Source: Phoronis australis (Eukaryota > Animalia > Phoronida). From it: 64,000 nt of DNA. Under the pieces are notes generated by a model, which ran no database searches, was not told the DNA's origin, and was given only the letters and a program-made list of their open reading frames with translations. This document shows positions 1 through 11,876 of the stretch, one piece after another. Each line of letters starts with the position of its first letter. Position 1 is the stretch's first letter. The stretch covers positions 654,453-718,452 of the forward strand of contig NMRA01000150.1 of NCBI GenBank assembly GCA_002633005.1, read 5' to 3'. The position numbers and the translations under genes were made by a program.

Positions 1-451
1 TGCAAACATTTTGGGAACAGCTACTTAAAACAAATGGGAGGTGATAAAACAATTCGCTTATTAGGCATGACCTAAGTCCTGTAGTTTACTAAACCAGGAC
101 ACAGCGCCAGCTAAACAGACAATGACCGTGGTAATCCCAGAAATAAACAAGTCAACTTCAAAAGACCAACTGTTCATCATGACAGACGACTGATTTACAG
201 AAGACCACAAAATTGAAGATCATTTCGTCAAGCAGCCCTGGTTAGTTTTATTTTCAAAATGGCTTATCACACTTCTATATTTTTCACAGAGGTACAATTT
301 AAATAGTGAGCAGTGACCACCATAATTTGATTTCCACACAAGAGTGACATCTTGTGGCAAACTCATGGGTACCCATAATTAACACAATGTCAACCATTTA
401 CCAATAGGTATTCCTCACAATAAATTAACAGTTAGAATAATGTACAGCCAA

Positions 452-705
452 CTACGAATAAAACTTGCTTCTTCTCAACTGCTTTGTTTGAGGTGAACTT
501 TGCTTTTGGTTTTTGACTCTTGGAGACTGGGAATGTATTTTCTGAAAAATTTCTGGAAATTTATTGTCAGGGAACAATGTTTCAAGAATGCCTTCCAAGA
601 AGACGTATATAAGCCTTCTATTCATCTTTCTATGTTGAAACATTTTGAAGATTCGTAAAACTCCTTTTCTTGTAGTCTCACTTCCAATTAGGTGGCGCAT
701 TTCAT
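452..705 (-). CDS. SNX13: SNX13 exon 23 (terminal)
   Basis: DEMRHLIGSETTRKGVLRIFKMFQH...RRLIYVFLEGILETLFP; stop TAG at 452-454. Confidence 0.95.
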
Positions 706-714
706 CTGAAAGTA

Positions 715-1520
715 AATGGTAACAATTAGGTAATTATAGCTATCCTAATGGTAATGATAGTGAAATAATAATAATCCTAATGGTAACCATGGGTAAAAAT
801 AGCAATCCTAATGGTAACGATGGGGGTAATACTGGCATTACTAATAATGATGAGGTAATAATAGCGATCCTAAAGGTAACAATGGGATTATTATAGCGAT
901 CCTAATGGTAAGGATGAGGCAATAATATTGATCTTATTGAAAATGATGGGGGTAATATAAGCAATCCCAAGGGTAATGATGGGGTAATAGTAACGGTCCT
1001 CAAGGTAACAATGGGGTAATAATAGTGATGCTATGGGTGCCCATAGGGTAATAGTAATGATCCTAATGGTAAAAATGGGGTACTAGGTGATCTTAATGGC
1101 AACGATGGGGTAATACCGATTCTAAAAGTAACGACGGGGTAATAATAGCAACCCTAATGGTAACGATGAGGTGATAAAAGCAATCTTAAGGTAACAAATA
1201 GTAATGATGGGGGCAACAGCAACCCTAGTGGTAACAATGAGGGGTAATAATAGCAACCCTAAAGGTAACGATGGGCAATAACATTGATTCTGAGGGTAAC
1301 AATGGGATACTAATAGTGATCCTAATGGTACTCATGAGGGAATTATGGTGGTTTTAATGGCAACTGATTGGGAAATAATTGTGGCCCAAATGGAAACAAC
1401 AGGGTAATATTGATCCTAAAGGTAACAACAGCGTAATAACAGAAATCCTAATGGTAACGATGGAGGTAATAATATCGATCCTAAGGGTAACCATAGGGTA
1501 ATAATAGCAATCCCAATCTT
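715..1520. repeat. Degenerate ~33-bp minisatellite abutting the exon-23 acceptor
   Basis: CCTAATGGTAACAATGGGGTAATAATAGCAAT-like units. Confidence 0.9.
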
Positions 1521-1850
1521 ATTCCCAGTACAATGGTTTATGACCCTACAAAACTATACAAAAATGATAATAATACACAGTATGACATGTATATTGGTTC
1601 CTCAATTCATCATACAATGTCCATTTTAATAATATGTTGCTTATCTTTCATGTCAATGTGCTTATATCTCATCAGTAATCCTGTATGTCTGTCTCCATTA
1701 GTACGTTTTGGATAGCACAACTGAATCTGCCCACACACGTGAACATTTAACAGGCTTAGATTTCAATAATTAAGTTGTTTTTGTACAAATTCAACATATG
1801 CAGTTTAACCAGAGATTACAAAAATATTACTTCATCCATTTTTGTCAGGC

Positions 1851-2258
1851 AACAACTACCACTTAGTGCAAATAGTTATTGACAACTAACACTTAGTGCA
1901 GATAGTTATCGACAACTAACACTTAGTGCAGATAGTTATCGATAACTAACACTTAGTGCAGATAGTTATCGACAACACTTAGTGCAGATAGTTATCGACA
2001 ACTAACACTTAGTGCAGATATAGTTATCGACAACCAACACTTCGTGCAGATAGTTATCGACAACCAACACTTCGTGCAGATAGTTATCGACAACCAACAC
2101 TTCGTGCAGATAGTTATTGACAACTAACACTTAGTGCAGATAGTTATCGACAACTAACACTTAGTGCAGATAGTTATCGATAACTAACACTTAGTGCAGA
2201 TAATTATCGACAACAAACACTTAATGCAGATAGTTATCAACAACTAACACTTCGTACA
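1851..2258. repeat. 30-bp minisatellite
   Basis: ACTTAGTGCAGATAGTTATCGACAACTAAC, about 13 copies. Confidence 0.95.
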
Positions 2259-3704
2259 GAATCTTCGAAAATGTTAGCACAACCAGCATGAAGGATTTTC
2301 ATCATTTTGAATTAACTGCATGCCCATAAAATTTGCATAACTTTATAAAAGACCTTGAACAAATGAAAAAAGTTAGAAAAGATGCACAAAAGATTCAATC
2401 TTACTTCATTGATTTTCTTACCCACCTGAAGCAAAACTCCCAAGATACTTTCAACCATGATTGATGAAGTGTTATCAAGTAATTTGATAACTAAAGAATT
2501 TCTTTTATATAGTGTCAAACCCATCTAGATGTCAAGTTCATAAATGTGAAATAACCCTCAAATCACCAGATATGCTTTTAGTAAAAAACTGTAAGTTAGC
2601 AAACTGTATTTTGTATACAACTGACTGTTCCAATAACACATGGGTATAGACAGTGAAATCAGCATTAGATGTTCAGCACTAACTTACACACATTGAACCC
2701 AAACCCGTCTGAAAATGTTAGACATATTAATTTGCAACTGTCTATTGAACCTGTACTTTTGTAGATACCTAAGCTAATGATCATCAGTCTGGAAGTCAAA
2801 ATCTGTCGGATTATATTTAAAGTTCTTGTGATCATCCATGTTTTAAATCTAATGAGCAACTCAAAATTAAAAGTAAAGCTTTGGTAAATTAGACTCGACT
2901 TGCATACCAAGGGCTGTTTGTGGCCAGGGAAGATCACACTCATATCTCATCAATTCTTAACCAATAACAACCAATACAAGAATGATTACTCATCATGGCA
3001 ATATGACAATCATCCATTATGGCTTTTGATGTGACTCTAATAGACATATATTCAAAAGGACTGGTGTAACCCAAGAATTTTACTAATGAGGTCCAAAAAG
3101 TTATTATTTAATAACAAATTAAAGTTATTACTTGTCAACAAGTTTAGTTATACAAAATATTTTCTGAAAAGACAAAATTGTCAAAAAGAAGTATCCATGA
3201 AAAAATTCAAATTGATTAAAATTGGTCAAGTTCGTTCAGATCAGAGAAAAGTGATGTTAAAAAATTAAAACTTTAAAACCTTTTGACAGCAATGAATAAA
3301 ATGACAGATAACACCACTAGACAAATAATGACAAAATTACATGTTGAAAAATTGACTTTCATGACAATCCAAGTACCCAGAATAGTTCATTTTGTATGAC
3401 TTCTTTCTTCACCCGTCTCATCCCCAGCACTCAAGAATTTCATGTACATTGACATATCAGCAAGTGTCTAGTGATATTGATCATATGATGAGAATGACAA
3501 TAACATTATGTACACATCCTTAAATGGACATGTCCATATATGGATGCACCCATAAATGGATACACGTAATATTATGTGAATGATAATTAGATTTAGACAA
3601 AGCATACATCCTGGTATTTGAATCATTTTCAATTAATTTCTGCCACCATCTCACAGCCAGATATAGGTCATACCAATATATGGACGCAGCTAGATGTCAG
3701 GTAC

Positions 3705-3888
3705 CTGAAATACTGCCAATCATTTTGGCTTTACATGCGATCTGTGTTCTCATCTTAGTAAGGTGGTCACGTGGCAGCCTTGGTTCAGCCAACACACCTC
3801 CTGGCGAAAACGATTCCTTGAACGCCTTCACGTACTCTGCCACTTGCTCTGCTGTTGTCATCCACTCAACATATGATCTATGATTTTC
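3705..3888 (-). CDS. SNX13: SNX13 exon 22 (2-bp insertion)
   Basis: KIIDH[at]VEWMTTAEQVAEYVKAF...; 184 nt does not fit flanking phases 2/1. Confidence 0.9.
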
Positions 3889-4029
3889 CTGCAGCGGAAA
3901 AAACATGTAACCATAGATTATTGGATATCTTTGATAAAACATGTAACCATAGACTGTAATAGAGTATTGAATATATTTGATAATAACAAGTGGTGAAGGT
4001 GAACATTCCTTAAACCAGATTTATCACAC

Positions 4030-4250
4030 AGCCCACAGGATTCTCTACATACAACCAACAGGAGTCTAAACACAACCAAAATGAGTCTCTTCTACATACA
4101 ACCAACAACAGTCTTCACACACAACCAACAGGAGTCTCTACATCCAACCAACAAGAGTCTTAGTCTTCTACACACCACAAACAGTAGTCTCTACATCCAA
4201 CCAACAAGAGTCTTAGTCTTCACACACAACCAACAGGAGTCTCTACACAA
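4030..4250. repeat. Degenerate short minisatellite
   Basis: ACAACCAACAGGAGTCTCTAC-like units. Confidence 0.8.
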
Positions 4251-4880
4251 CAGCTTTACTAATCACGGATGCTCATGAAAGTGACATCTGAAATCAGAGG
4301 TTAAATATCTCTGCAATTACCATGTGTAATCCAGGATGACCAAAACTGATCCAGACCTCACTTAATTCAGACTATTATCACCTATGCATTAATTGTATCA
4401 TAAAAAGAATTTCTTAATTTAGAATTCGCATATTTGCAAAAAAATAGATGAACACGTCAATTAAAAAGACCATCATGAATAGTTAAATTTCTCACTACTT
4501 TAGATATACAACACAATATATGCTTCTCAACATCTGTGGAATAACATCACAAGGTAACTGGAGATGATGCTCAACTTGTCACTGCAATGTAATAACACAA
4601 CTATTGAGTAGAACTGATTCATTTAAACATCATTCTTAACACATTTTTATCCTAATAATTAACCTGATAATATCTTCCAATGTTAAGCAGTAATTATGTC
4701 GTTTACTGGCAACGCTTGCAGACAAGCTTGAACTTATCAATAATGGCAGTTTGCAACCTATGATGCATTAAGCAAGATTCCATTCATAAAGGTCACGCGC
4801 TAACACTCCTGCATTGATCCTAAACACCTCACTAGAGACAACGATTGTGTTGTAGGCCTCTGATTGAGATTCAATGCCAA

Positions 4881-5121
4881 TGCAACATCAAGCACATAGT
4901 CTCTGACATTGACGTTATATTCCTATCATTACCTGTTGATTGCAACATCAAGCACATAGTCTGTGACATTGACGTTATATTCCTATCATTACCTGTTGAT
5001 TGCAACATCAAGCACATAGTCTGTGACATTGACGTTATATTCCTATCATTACCTGTTGATTGCAACATCAAGCACATAGTCTCTGACATTGACGTTATAT
5101 TCCTATCATTATCTGTTGATT
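4881..5121. repeat. 60-bp x4 array containing the exon-21 end and donor
   Basis: Minus-strand ATCAACAG/GTAATGATAGG in three copies. Confidence 0.95.
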
Positions 5122-5333
5122 CTATCACCAAGTGTGGCCCTGATAATCTGTCTGAGCATGGCTACAATCCGTCTACACAGCCACTGGTTCTTGTGTTTTA
5201 ACTCAAACACTTCGTCCATCATAAGCAACATAATGCGTAGTGGTATATTGTCCTCATCTTCACTGTCAAGCCCAGCACTCACTTTACCACTGTCTAGTAA
5301 CTCATTACGACCAACAGTGGGCGCTGCTGTAAT
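5113..5333 (-). CDS. SNX13: SNX13 exon 21 (Nexin_C start); donor reads AT instead of GT
   Basis: DNIPLRIMLLMMDEVFELKHKNQWL...GDRINR; followed by ataatg, which also makes an in-frame TAA. Confidence 0.92.
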
Positions 5334-5344
5334 CTGAACAATAG

Positions 5345-6620
5345 TAAAGCTTGTTACATGCCTGCCAACAATGATCACAACACCCACTCCCAAATAGAAA
5401 CTAAAATGTCAAATTTCATGAAAATCTGTCAGGAACTCCAAAGATTTAGAGGCAACGTGAAAAAAACTGCTGTTAGGAGGCACAGCAGAAGTCGAATCCA
5501 TCCATCTGCTGTCAAGTTAACAGGAATGTACTTCCCAAATTTCCAACAAAAGATCCCACAAAAACTGCTGGAGATATAGCTACAAAACAATCCAGTAGAG
5601 GGCGCCACAGCAGCTGAACCCATCAAAACATCCACGTCAGTCATGCTCTTGTCAGTATAAGAACACGTCTGCCAATTTTCATAATAATCCAGGGTCCAAA
5701 GCATGGCATCTTGTCAAATCCCAAACACAACCTGGCAACGTTCCGGGGTCGAACAACTTGAACTGAGGCTGCCAAACTTCATTGGCAAGAGATGAAAATG
5801 AAATAAACGGGATATCTGAAGTGAAAAAATGACAAACTCCTGTGGTGCACCCGAAATTACCAGGATGGTGTTTTTTTCCTTTGCTCGAACAGAACATTAA
5901 AAGTTTCGTGCATGCTCTGTGTTGACTAACGCCGAATATTACATGCACTGGATCACCTCTTTTGGGAGACGAACACAATCGGCATAAGTCATCTGTGCAT
6001 TACTCATATACGGACCCTTACGACTTTTGTCGAACGATTTCGACTTCTGTCTGTTTACTTCATGAAGTATTCTGAGTGCCTGCTCATATGTGTGCATGGT
6101 GACTTCATGACAACCTGGGATTTTTACATGGTTGCCAAACAAAATCTGAAATGAAACTGGTAAAATCACCACTAGGGGTGCCAGAGTACTAGTCGAACTT
6201 GTCCTAAAATCATCAGCTACGGCCTTTTCACCAGAAACACATCTACCAATTTTCATAACGATCTTTCAAGCAGCTTGGCAGATAGATTGGTGGATGCCAA
6301 CAACGGCCTTTACATTTAAAATTGGACACTAAGTGGTGCAGAATCCGACAAATTTGTCTGAAAATGGAAACCTGTATGCCAAATTTCATGAAAATCCATC
6401 ACAGAACTCCAAAAATAGAGACAAATAAAAAACAAAATTGCCACGAGGGGGCATAGAGATGGTCAGGTTGGTCCGAAACTCGTGATGATCTGTCTTCAGC
6501 TTCATTGGAACACTTACACCAAATCTTATTAAAATCCTGCAAGGAGTTTAGGAGATACAGTAGAGGATGGCAGACGTCCAGACAGAGATGATAGCTATAT
6601 ACATCCACATTATGTGATTA
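5345..6620 (-). mobile_element. HINE-like family copy
   Basis: Shares CCAAATTTCATGAAAATCC, CCACTAGGGG-like and CCAGACAGAGATGAT motifs with 53203-54703 in reverse orientation. Confidence 0.6.
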
Positions 6621-6811
6621 TGGACTTAGAGCTTGGACCACTAACAGGTTGATGAAATGGTGAGATTATAACCAGCCATTTCAGATCTGCATGTTTCACT
6701 TTCAACCTAGTATACCATGTCTTAATTGGTACAACATTTGATAAAGAATGTCTGGAAAACTGGTCAATCTTTTAACACTTAGTCATGGCATCATTTTTAA
6801 TCTAAACTTAC

Positions 6812-6958
6812 ATTGAACAACTTGCCAAATCCGTCCACCATGTAGCCGGCCTTGTCCTTGACACCTCCAGACAACTTGAACACACCCTCCATCATATTAT
6901 CCGGCACAGACTTAACAGCATTACCCATGTTCCTTAAATGGTTAACTATCGTGTCCAT
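6812..6958 (-). CDS. SNX13: SNX13 exon 20
   Basis: MDTIVNHLRNMGNAVKSVPDNMMEG; AG/GT. Confidence 0.93.
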
Positions 6959-7374
6959 CTAAAAACACATTCATCGTATAATGCTGTAAGTCAATGTGTT
7001 TAAGATTTTGTATCATTTTCAAGAAAAAACAGCTTCCGATTCTAAAGGTGAGGAACTGGGACACAAACATACGAAACCTCGCGAAACTGACCATTAGTGG
7101 TGGGAAGCTTCATTGTTTCCTCTCATGCTCACCACCAAAGTTATCCTTCCTAACTATAATTCCTTTCTCACAACCCCTGCAGGTCACACCACAAAGTTTT
7201 CACCAAACACTGTCATTTATTGGAAGACACACATGAACCCACTCTTACCACACTCTGATCTGGGGACAGGCTTAATATATTCCCTAGAAGATGGCAAATC
7301 ATCAGAAGTCAAGTTCAACTACTCCACATGCAATACCCCACCACTACTACCTACTGGAATACCAAGCTTCCGAG

Positions 7375-7571
7375 CCATCCTACTAATTAGGACTAATATC
7401 TAGCAGAATACCCACCTTTCTAGGCATCTTACTAATTGGGATTGTCATCAAGCAGAGTACCCACCTTCCTAGGCATCTTACTAATTAGGACTACTATCTA
7501 GCAGAATACCCACCTTCCCAGGTATCCTACTAATTGGGACTGCCATCTAGCAGAGTACGCACCTTTCTAGC
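7375..7571. repeat. 49-bp x4 array containing the exon-19 end and donor
   Basis: CTAGCAGAATACCCACCTT units (minus strand AAG/GTGGGT). Confidence 0.9.
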
Positions 7572-7778
7572 CATGTCACTCTTCTCTTTCGCCCAAGAGC
7601 CTTTCTCCAGGTACTGAGTCAATACCTCCAAGAGACCAGGGTGTCGGCTCAAGACATCTGGGCTCAGCAGAGTCTGTAGGTAGTCATTCAGTGCCTGTCG
7701 TTTCTTCTCTAAGAACTCTTGGTTCATGTTATTGAACGTTCTCTTGCCAGGCAGAGTGAGAGTGGCACGTGAGGCAAA
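7563..7778 (-). CDS. SNX13: SNX13 exon 19 (PX domain)
   Basis: LPGKRTFNNMNQEFLEKKRQALNDYLQ...ARK; AG/GT. Confidence 0.95.
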
Positions 7779-8049
7779 CTGGAAATCAAAGGGATGATAG
7801 AAAAACCTAATACAGATATTTTATGGCAAAGACTTCATGTCATATGTCTCATACTAAGCGTAAAGGCTCAAAACAAAAAATATTACAACAGCTAAATAAT
7901 CTTTCTTGCCAATATGTATGCTCAAATTGCACACTCAGATGAGAATTCACATTCAAAGTGTCTCTTGATAGGCCAACAATCCCCTTACACGGTGATAGGC
8001 TTCAAACAAATCTCGATATTCCTGATTAGAACCTCAAAACAACCATAGG

Positions 8050-8621
8050 CCTAGCTGGTTAACCAATACTTACCTCATAACCACCATAAGCCAGGTGAAC
8101 CAATACTTACCTCATGACTACCGTATGCCTGGTGAACCAATACATACTTAAAAACTACCGTATCCCTGGTGAACCAATAAATGTACTTACTTAATAACTA
8201 CCGCCGCCTGGTGAACCAATACTTACCTCATGACTACCGTATCCCTGTTGAACCAATAAATGTACTTACTTAATAACTACCGTATGCCTGGTGAACCAAT
8301 ACTTGCCTCATGACTACCGTATCCCTGGTGAACCAATAAATGTACTTACTTAATAACTACCGTAAGCCTGGTGAACCAATACTTACCTCATGACTACCGT
8401 ATCACTGGTGAACCAATAAATGTACTTACATTGTACTTAATAACTACCGTAGACCTGGTGAACCAATACTTAACTCATCACAACTGCAGACCTGGTAAAC
8501 CAATACTTACCTAATAACTACCGTAGGCCTCATGAACCAACACTTACCTCATCACTACCGTAAGCCTGGTGAATCAATACTTAACACATAACTACTGTAG
8601 CCCCGGTGAACCAATATTTAC
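8050..8621. repeat. 37/44-bp minisatellite of donor-like units starting at the exon-18 donor
   Basis: GCCTGGTGAACCAATACTTACCTCATGACTACCGTAT (minus strand AG/GTAAGTATTGG). Confidence 0.92.
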
Positions 8622-8757
8622 CTTTTCTTTCAGTGTTAGATGCAAGTCGTGGAAGTCACTGTATCGTCTAAATGTATCCCACAATTCCTCTTTGCCATCC
8701 GATGACTTTTTGACAACAGTGATGGCGTAAACGATTTCCCAGCCTCTTTCACAATGC
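8622..8757 (-). CDS. SNX13: SNX13 exon 18 (PX domain; probable 7-bp deletion)
   Basis: GIVKEAGKS, then in a shifted frame VYAITVVKK...WDTFRRYSDFHDLHLTLKEK. Confidence 0.9.
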
Positions 8758-9049
8758 CTGAGGACAAGAGCAATTAAAATCTGTAATTAGTGAAACTATA
8801 ATGCCCAGTAAGTAGCAAGTTTTGTGTTGTCCAGTTTGAAATAAACTTAATGTCCTTATCAACAATGTAGGCTTAACAATTATTTCATAACACGTGCAAA
8901 GACTGTGTTGCTTAGTCCTTTAATAAGTGGGTTTCATAAGTGTGAGTGAGAGCTAGGGCTGTTTTAAGTTAAGTGTGAGTTTTTGATGATATTTTGCACA
9001 ACACCTGTGTCATGGTTCCTTTAAAATAAAAAGTAACCAAATCAAGCAC

Positions 9050-9165
9050 CTGACTGTGTTATAGAGGCAGTCAACACCCCAAGTTCTTGTTTTTTCTTCT
9101 TTATTGGCAGCAATAGTGCCTGTTGACGAGAGACTGTCACAGGATGAGTGGATATCTTCCATTGA
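9050..9165 (-). CDS. SNX13: SNX13 exon 17 (probable +1 frameshift)
   Basis: SMEDIHSSCDSL... in one frame and ELGVLTASITQS in another; AG/GT. Confidence 0.8.
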
Positions 9166-9243
9166 CTGTAAATAAGTGAACTTGAGAGACTGTCACAGGA
9201 TGAATGGATATCTTCCATTGACTGTAAATAAGTGAACTTGAGA
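9131..9243. repeat. 56-bp duplication spanning the exon-17 acceptor
   Basis: AGACTGTCACAGGATGARTGGATATCTTCCATTGACTGTAAATAAGTGAACTTGAG, 2 copies. Confidence 0.95.
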
Positions 9244-9532
9244 TTAAATTTGACAGATATTGTACAGCCATGGATTTATAAATATCATACCTTCATGAAT
9301 AGGCACCTGACATTGAATTTTTGGCCAAGGTCATTTCACTAAGAATAAGTCATTTAAAATCATAACCTGTTAATGTTGTAGTAACATGCCAATAGAGGGA
9401 GCTAACAGACCAGACACCATTAAATTGATGGCAGCTAATGTGTCATGTCTCCTGGCACAACTAGTAAATAATAATAATAGTACAAAGTCAAGAAAACTAA
9501 TTTTAAAAAGCATGAAAAACAGAAAAACTTAC

Positions 9533-9567
9533 TGCGTGGCTGCCTTCTGACTTTGATAACAACGAGT
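9533..9567 (-). CDS. SNX13: SNX13 exon 16 (35 nt)
   Basis: (D)SLLSKSEGSHA; ttccag acceptor, gtaagt donor; phases 1/0 fit the neighbours. Confidence 0.75.
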
Positions 9568-9657
9568 CTGGAATTTATGCAGGTGCAAAGTAAACAAAAA
9601 AGTCATCAAGTAGACCACTGAGATAGAAAACGGCCTCTAGGTGGCAATGCACAGTTA

Positions 9658-11088
9658 CCGTATTCGCCGTAATAACCGCCCATACCCCTGTAAGCGCCCC
9701 CCCCCCACGCGTTTTCAGACTTTGCTGGAATAAGCGTCCAGTCCATGAACGTGTACACGGGAACAATGACGTACCTGCAGTCCTAAAAATCGGCTACAGT
9801 AACGTCTTCAATTTATCAAAAAAGTTTTGCATGGGTCTTCTAGACCACCAGCGGCACTGCTACGTATGTATTTAGCCGTGACAATACACTTCAAAGTAAC
9901 ACAGCGCTTCAAAAAGAACGCAACAGCGTTGCTACTTTCGCGACGACCGTGTCCCACTATGGTCTGACCTCACAGTACACATCGACTGTCTCACGAATAA
10001 AAATAACTCGGTGTTGAACGCACGTGGCCAGAAAGCGCGCGCTACATATATGAACCTAGCTGTCATCAAAGACATTAGTCGGGAACTATCCATTCATGAA
10101 ACGGGTAGCATAGCATCGGTAAGAAATGAATATTGGCCCTAATTTCCGACAATTTCTAATACTATAAAACATGTTTGCGTTATTTTTTAGATGGATTGTT
10201 TGATTAACCATAATTGGTGTTTTTAAGCCGAATATCCGATAAAATGACAACTTACAGCGAATGCTTACACAACCTTACACTGAAAAATAACTGTCAGAAC
10301 AGTTACGTACGCATCCAGCTACACGGCGACTAATATCCGGGTCTTACCGAAACAAATGTCGAACGTTTTTAGCACGAGACCGACAAGTGCTGAATGAAAC
10401 ACGCTCTGGTTTAGGCCTACTGCTTGTGCAAATTTCTTTAGACACAATGCACATCTAGCTCGTTAGATTGCGTGGCTCTGGCCAAAAGACGGTCTCTGCT
10501 TTGTCAAATGAACTCTGGTTACACGCACGCGCTCGCTTACTCGCAGACGAACTTCAAAACAAACGTCACGTGACAACAACATGTGTGTTCGTCCAGACAT
10601 TTTCTCGCCGTGTTGCCGATCATACATGTAGATGGCACGATGTTGCGCAGATTTGTACTTAAAACTGCGGTAAATCTAGACTCCACGGGAACTTACAAAA
10701 GCCATAGGGACGCTACTTAGAAAACTTAATGAGGATTTCAGGTAATTTGCTTGAGTTGAAACTATTTTTATTCAAGCATTGAAGTCGCCATATCGAAGAC
10801 GGCGATTTTGAGGCAGTCAGTCGGCGAGTTTTCGCCCTGGGATTCCCCTGAGCACGATTTTCTGTAAAATGATCGTAATTTAGCAGCTAAGTTTGATAGC
10901 AATGCACCACAGTTTTGTTGGAAGTCTTTCATAGATTACAGATACGTCAAAGAACGTAAATTTGATGAATCTTAGCTTCCGATTTCACCCGTTTCGGAGA
11001 CCGGGTTTCAACCGCCTTGGGTTATAATAAGCACCACCTTAAACCGAACTTTTCTAAGCCCCCTGGGCAGTTATTACGGCGAATATGG
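9658..11088. mobile_element. Non-autonomous Tc1/mariner (pogo/Tigger-like) DNA transposon, 1431 bp
   Basis: 25-bp TIRs CCGTATTCGCCGTAATAACCGCCCA / TGGGCAGTTATTACGGCGAATATGG, TA on both sides. Confidence 0.85.
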
Positions 11089-11094
11089 TACATA

Positions 11095-11405
11095 AAATCC
11101 ATCCAAAACGAAGAAGGCGTCGTTATACACGCCTATTTCTTAAATTTAATGATCATCCATCAAGGAACTTTGAACACATGGAGACAAACGTAAAAACTAA
11201 CATTGCTACTAGAAGACACATCGGTAGTTGGATCTGTCAGAAAATTCATTCATGCCATCCCATCTGTGTTGTGAAAATTTCCCGAACATCTATCAAGGGT
11301 TTTGGTGATACAACAGCGGATGCCAGATGGATGCTAGACAGATTCAAGTATGTATGGATGCTGGACAGATGCTACTGATAATAAAGGTATGTGGGTGCAT
11401 AAACA
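11095..11405 (-). mobile_element. HINE-like family fragment
   Basis: Ends GGACAGATG...TGTGGGTGCATAAA, the family 5' end on the minus strand. Confidence 0.45.
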
Positions 11406-11444
11406 GCAAGTATGTACTGCTCACTACATAAATTACAAACCCGT

Positions 11445-11728
11445 TGTACCGATTCTCCGACTCGAGCGTTATACAGTAGCAATCATCCGTTGAACGCTTT
11501 AGTGACACGAAAGTAGCGTCGATCCCAAATTACCGTTTCTACAATTTTCCTTGTCCGAAAGTCGCGGGACAAAACTCCGATGTTTATGACAATGTCCGAA
11601 ATTCGAGGATCTTTGAAAAACAGATTTTGGACCTTGTACGAATTTCGTGGACTATGAAAAACTGATTTCGGAAATATTTATTCTTGGTCGAAAATGGCGG
11701 GCCGTCCGAAAATTACGCGACTTTACCG
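11445..11728. mobile_element. One end of a TA-targeting DNA transposon abutting the SNX13 exon-15 donor
   Basis: CpG-rich segment with repeated TCCGAAA motifs, ending CGCGACTTTACCG then TA; other end not found. Confidence 0.5.
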
Positions 11729-11731
11729 TAC

Positions 11732-11876
11732 CATTATTTCCATTGTCTCCAATATCACCATCCTCCACCATTCGTCCAGGCTCTCTCAGCAGATCCAGTT
11801 CAGCCAGTAGTTTAATGTAGAGCTGACTCTTCTTGAATGCTTGATAGAACTTCTCTTCCTGAAGGATGTCACACGC
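11732..11876 (-). CDS. SNX13: SNX13 exon 15
   Basis: ACDILQEEKFYQAFKKSQLYIKLLAELDLLREP; AG/GT. Confidence 0.93.

Noticed and set aside
3889-5112. U12-type AT-AC intron explaining the AT donor
   Set aside because: The 5' end is ATAATG, not ATATCCT; the intron ends in AG; repeat copies show the ancestral GT.
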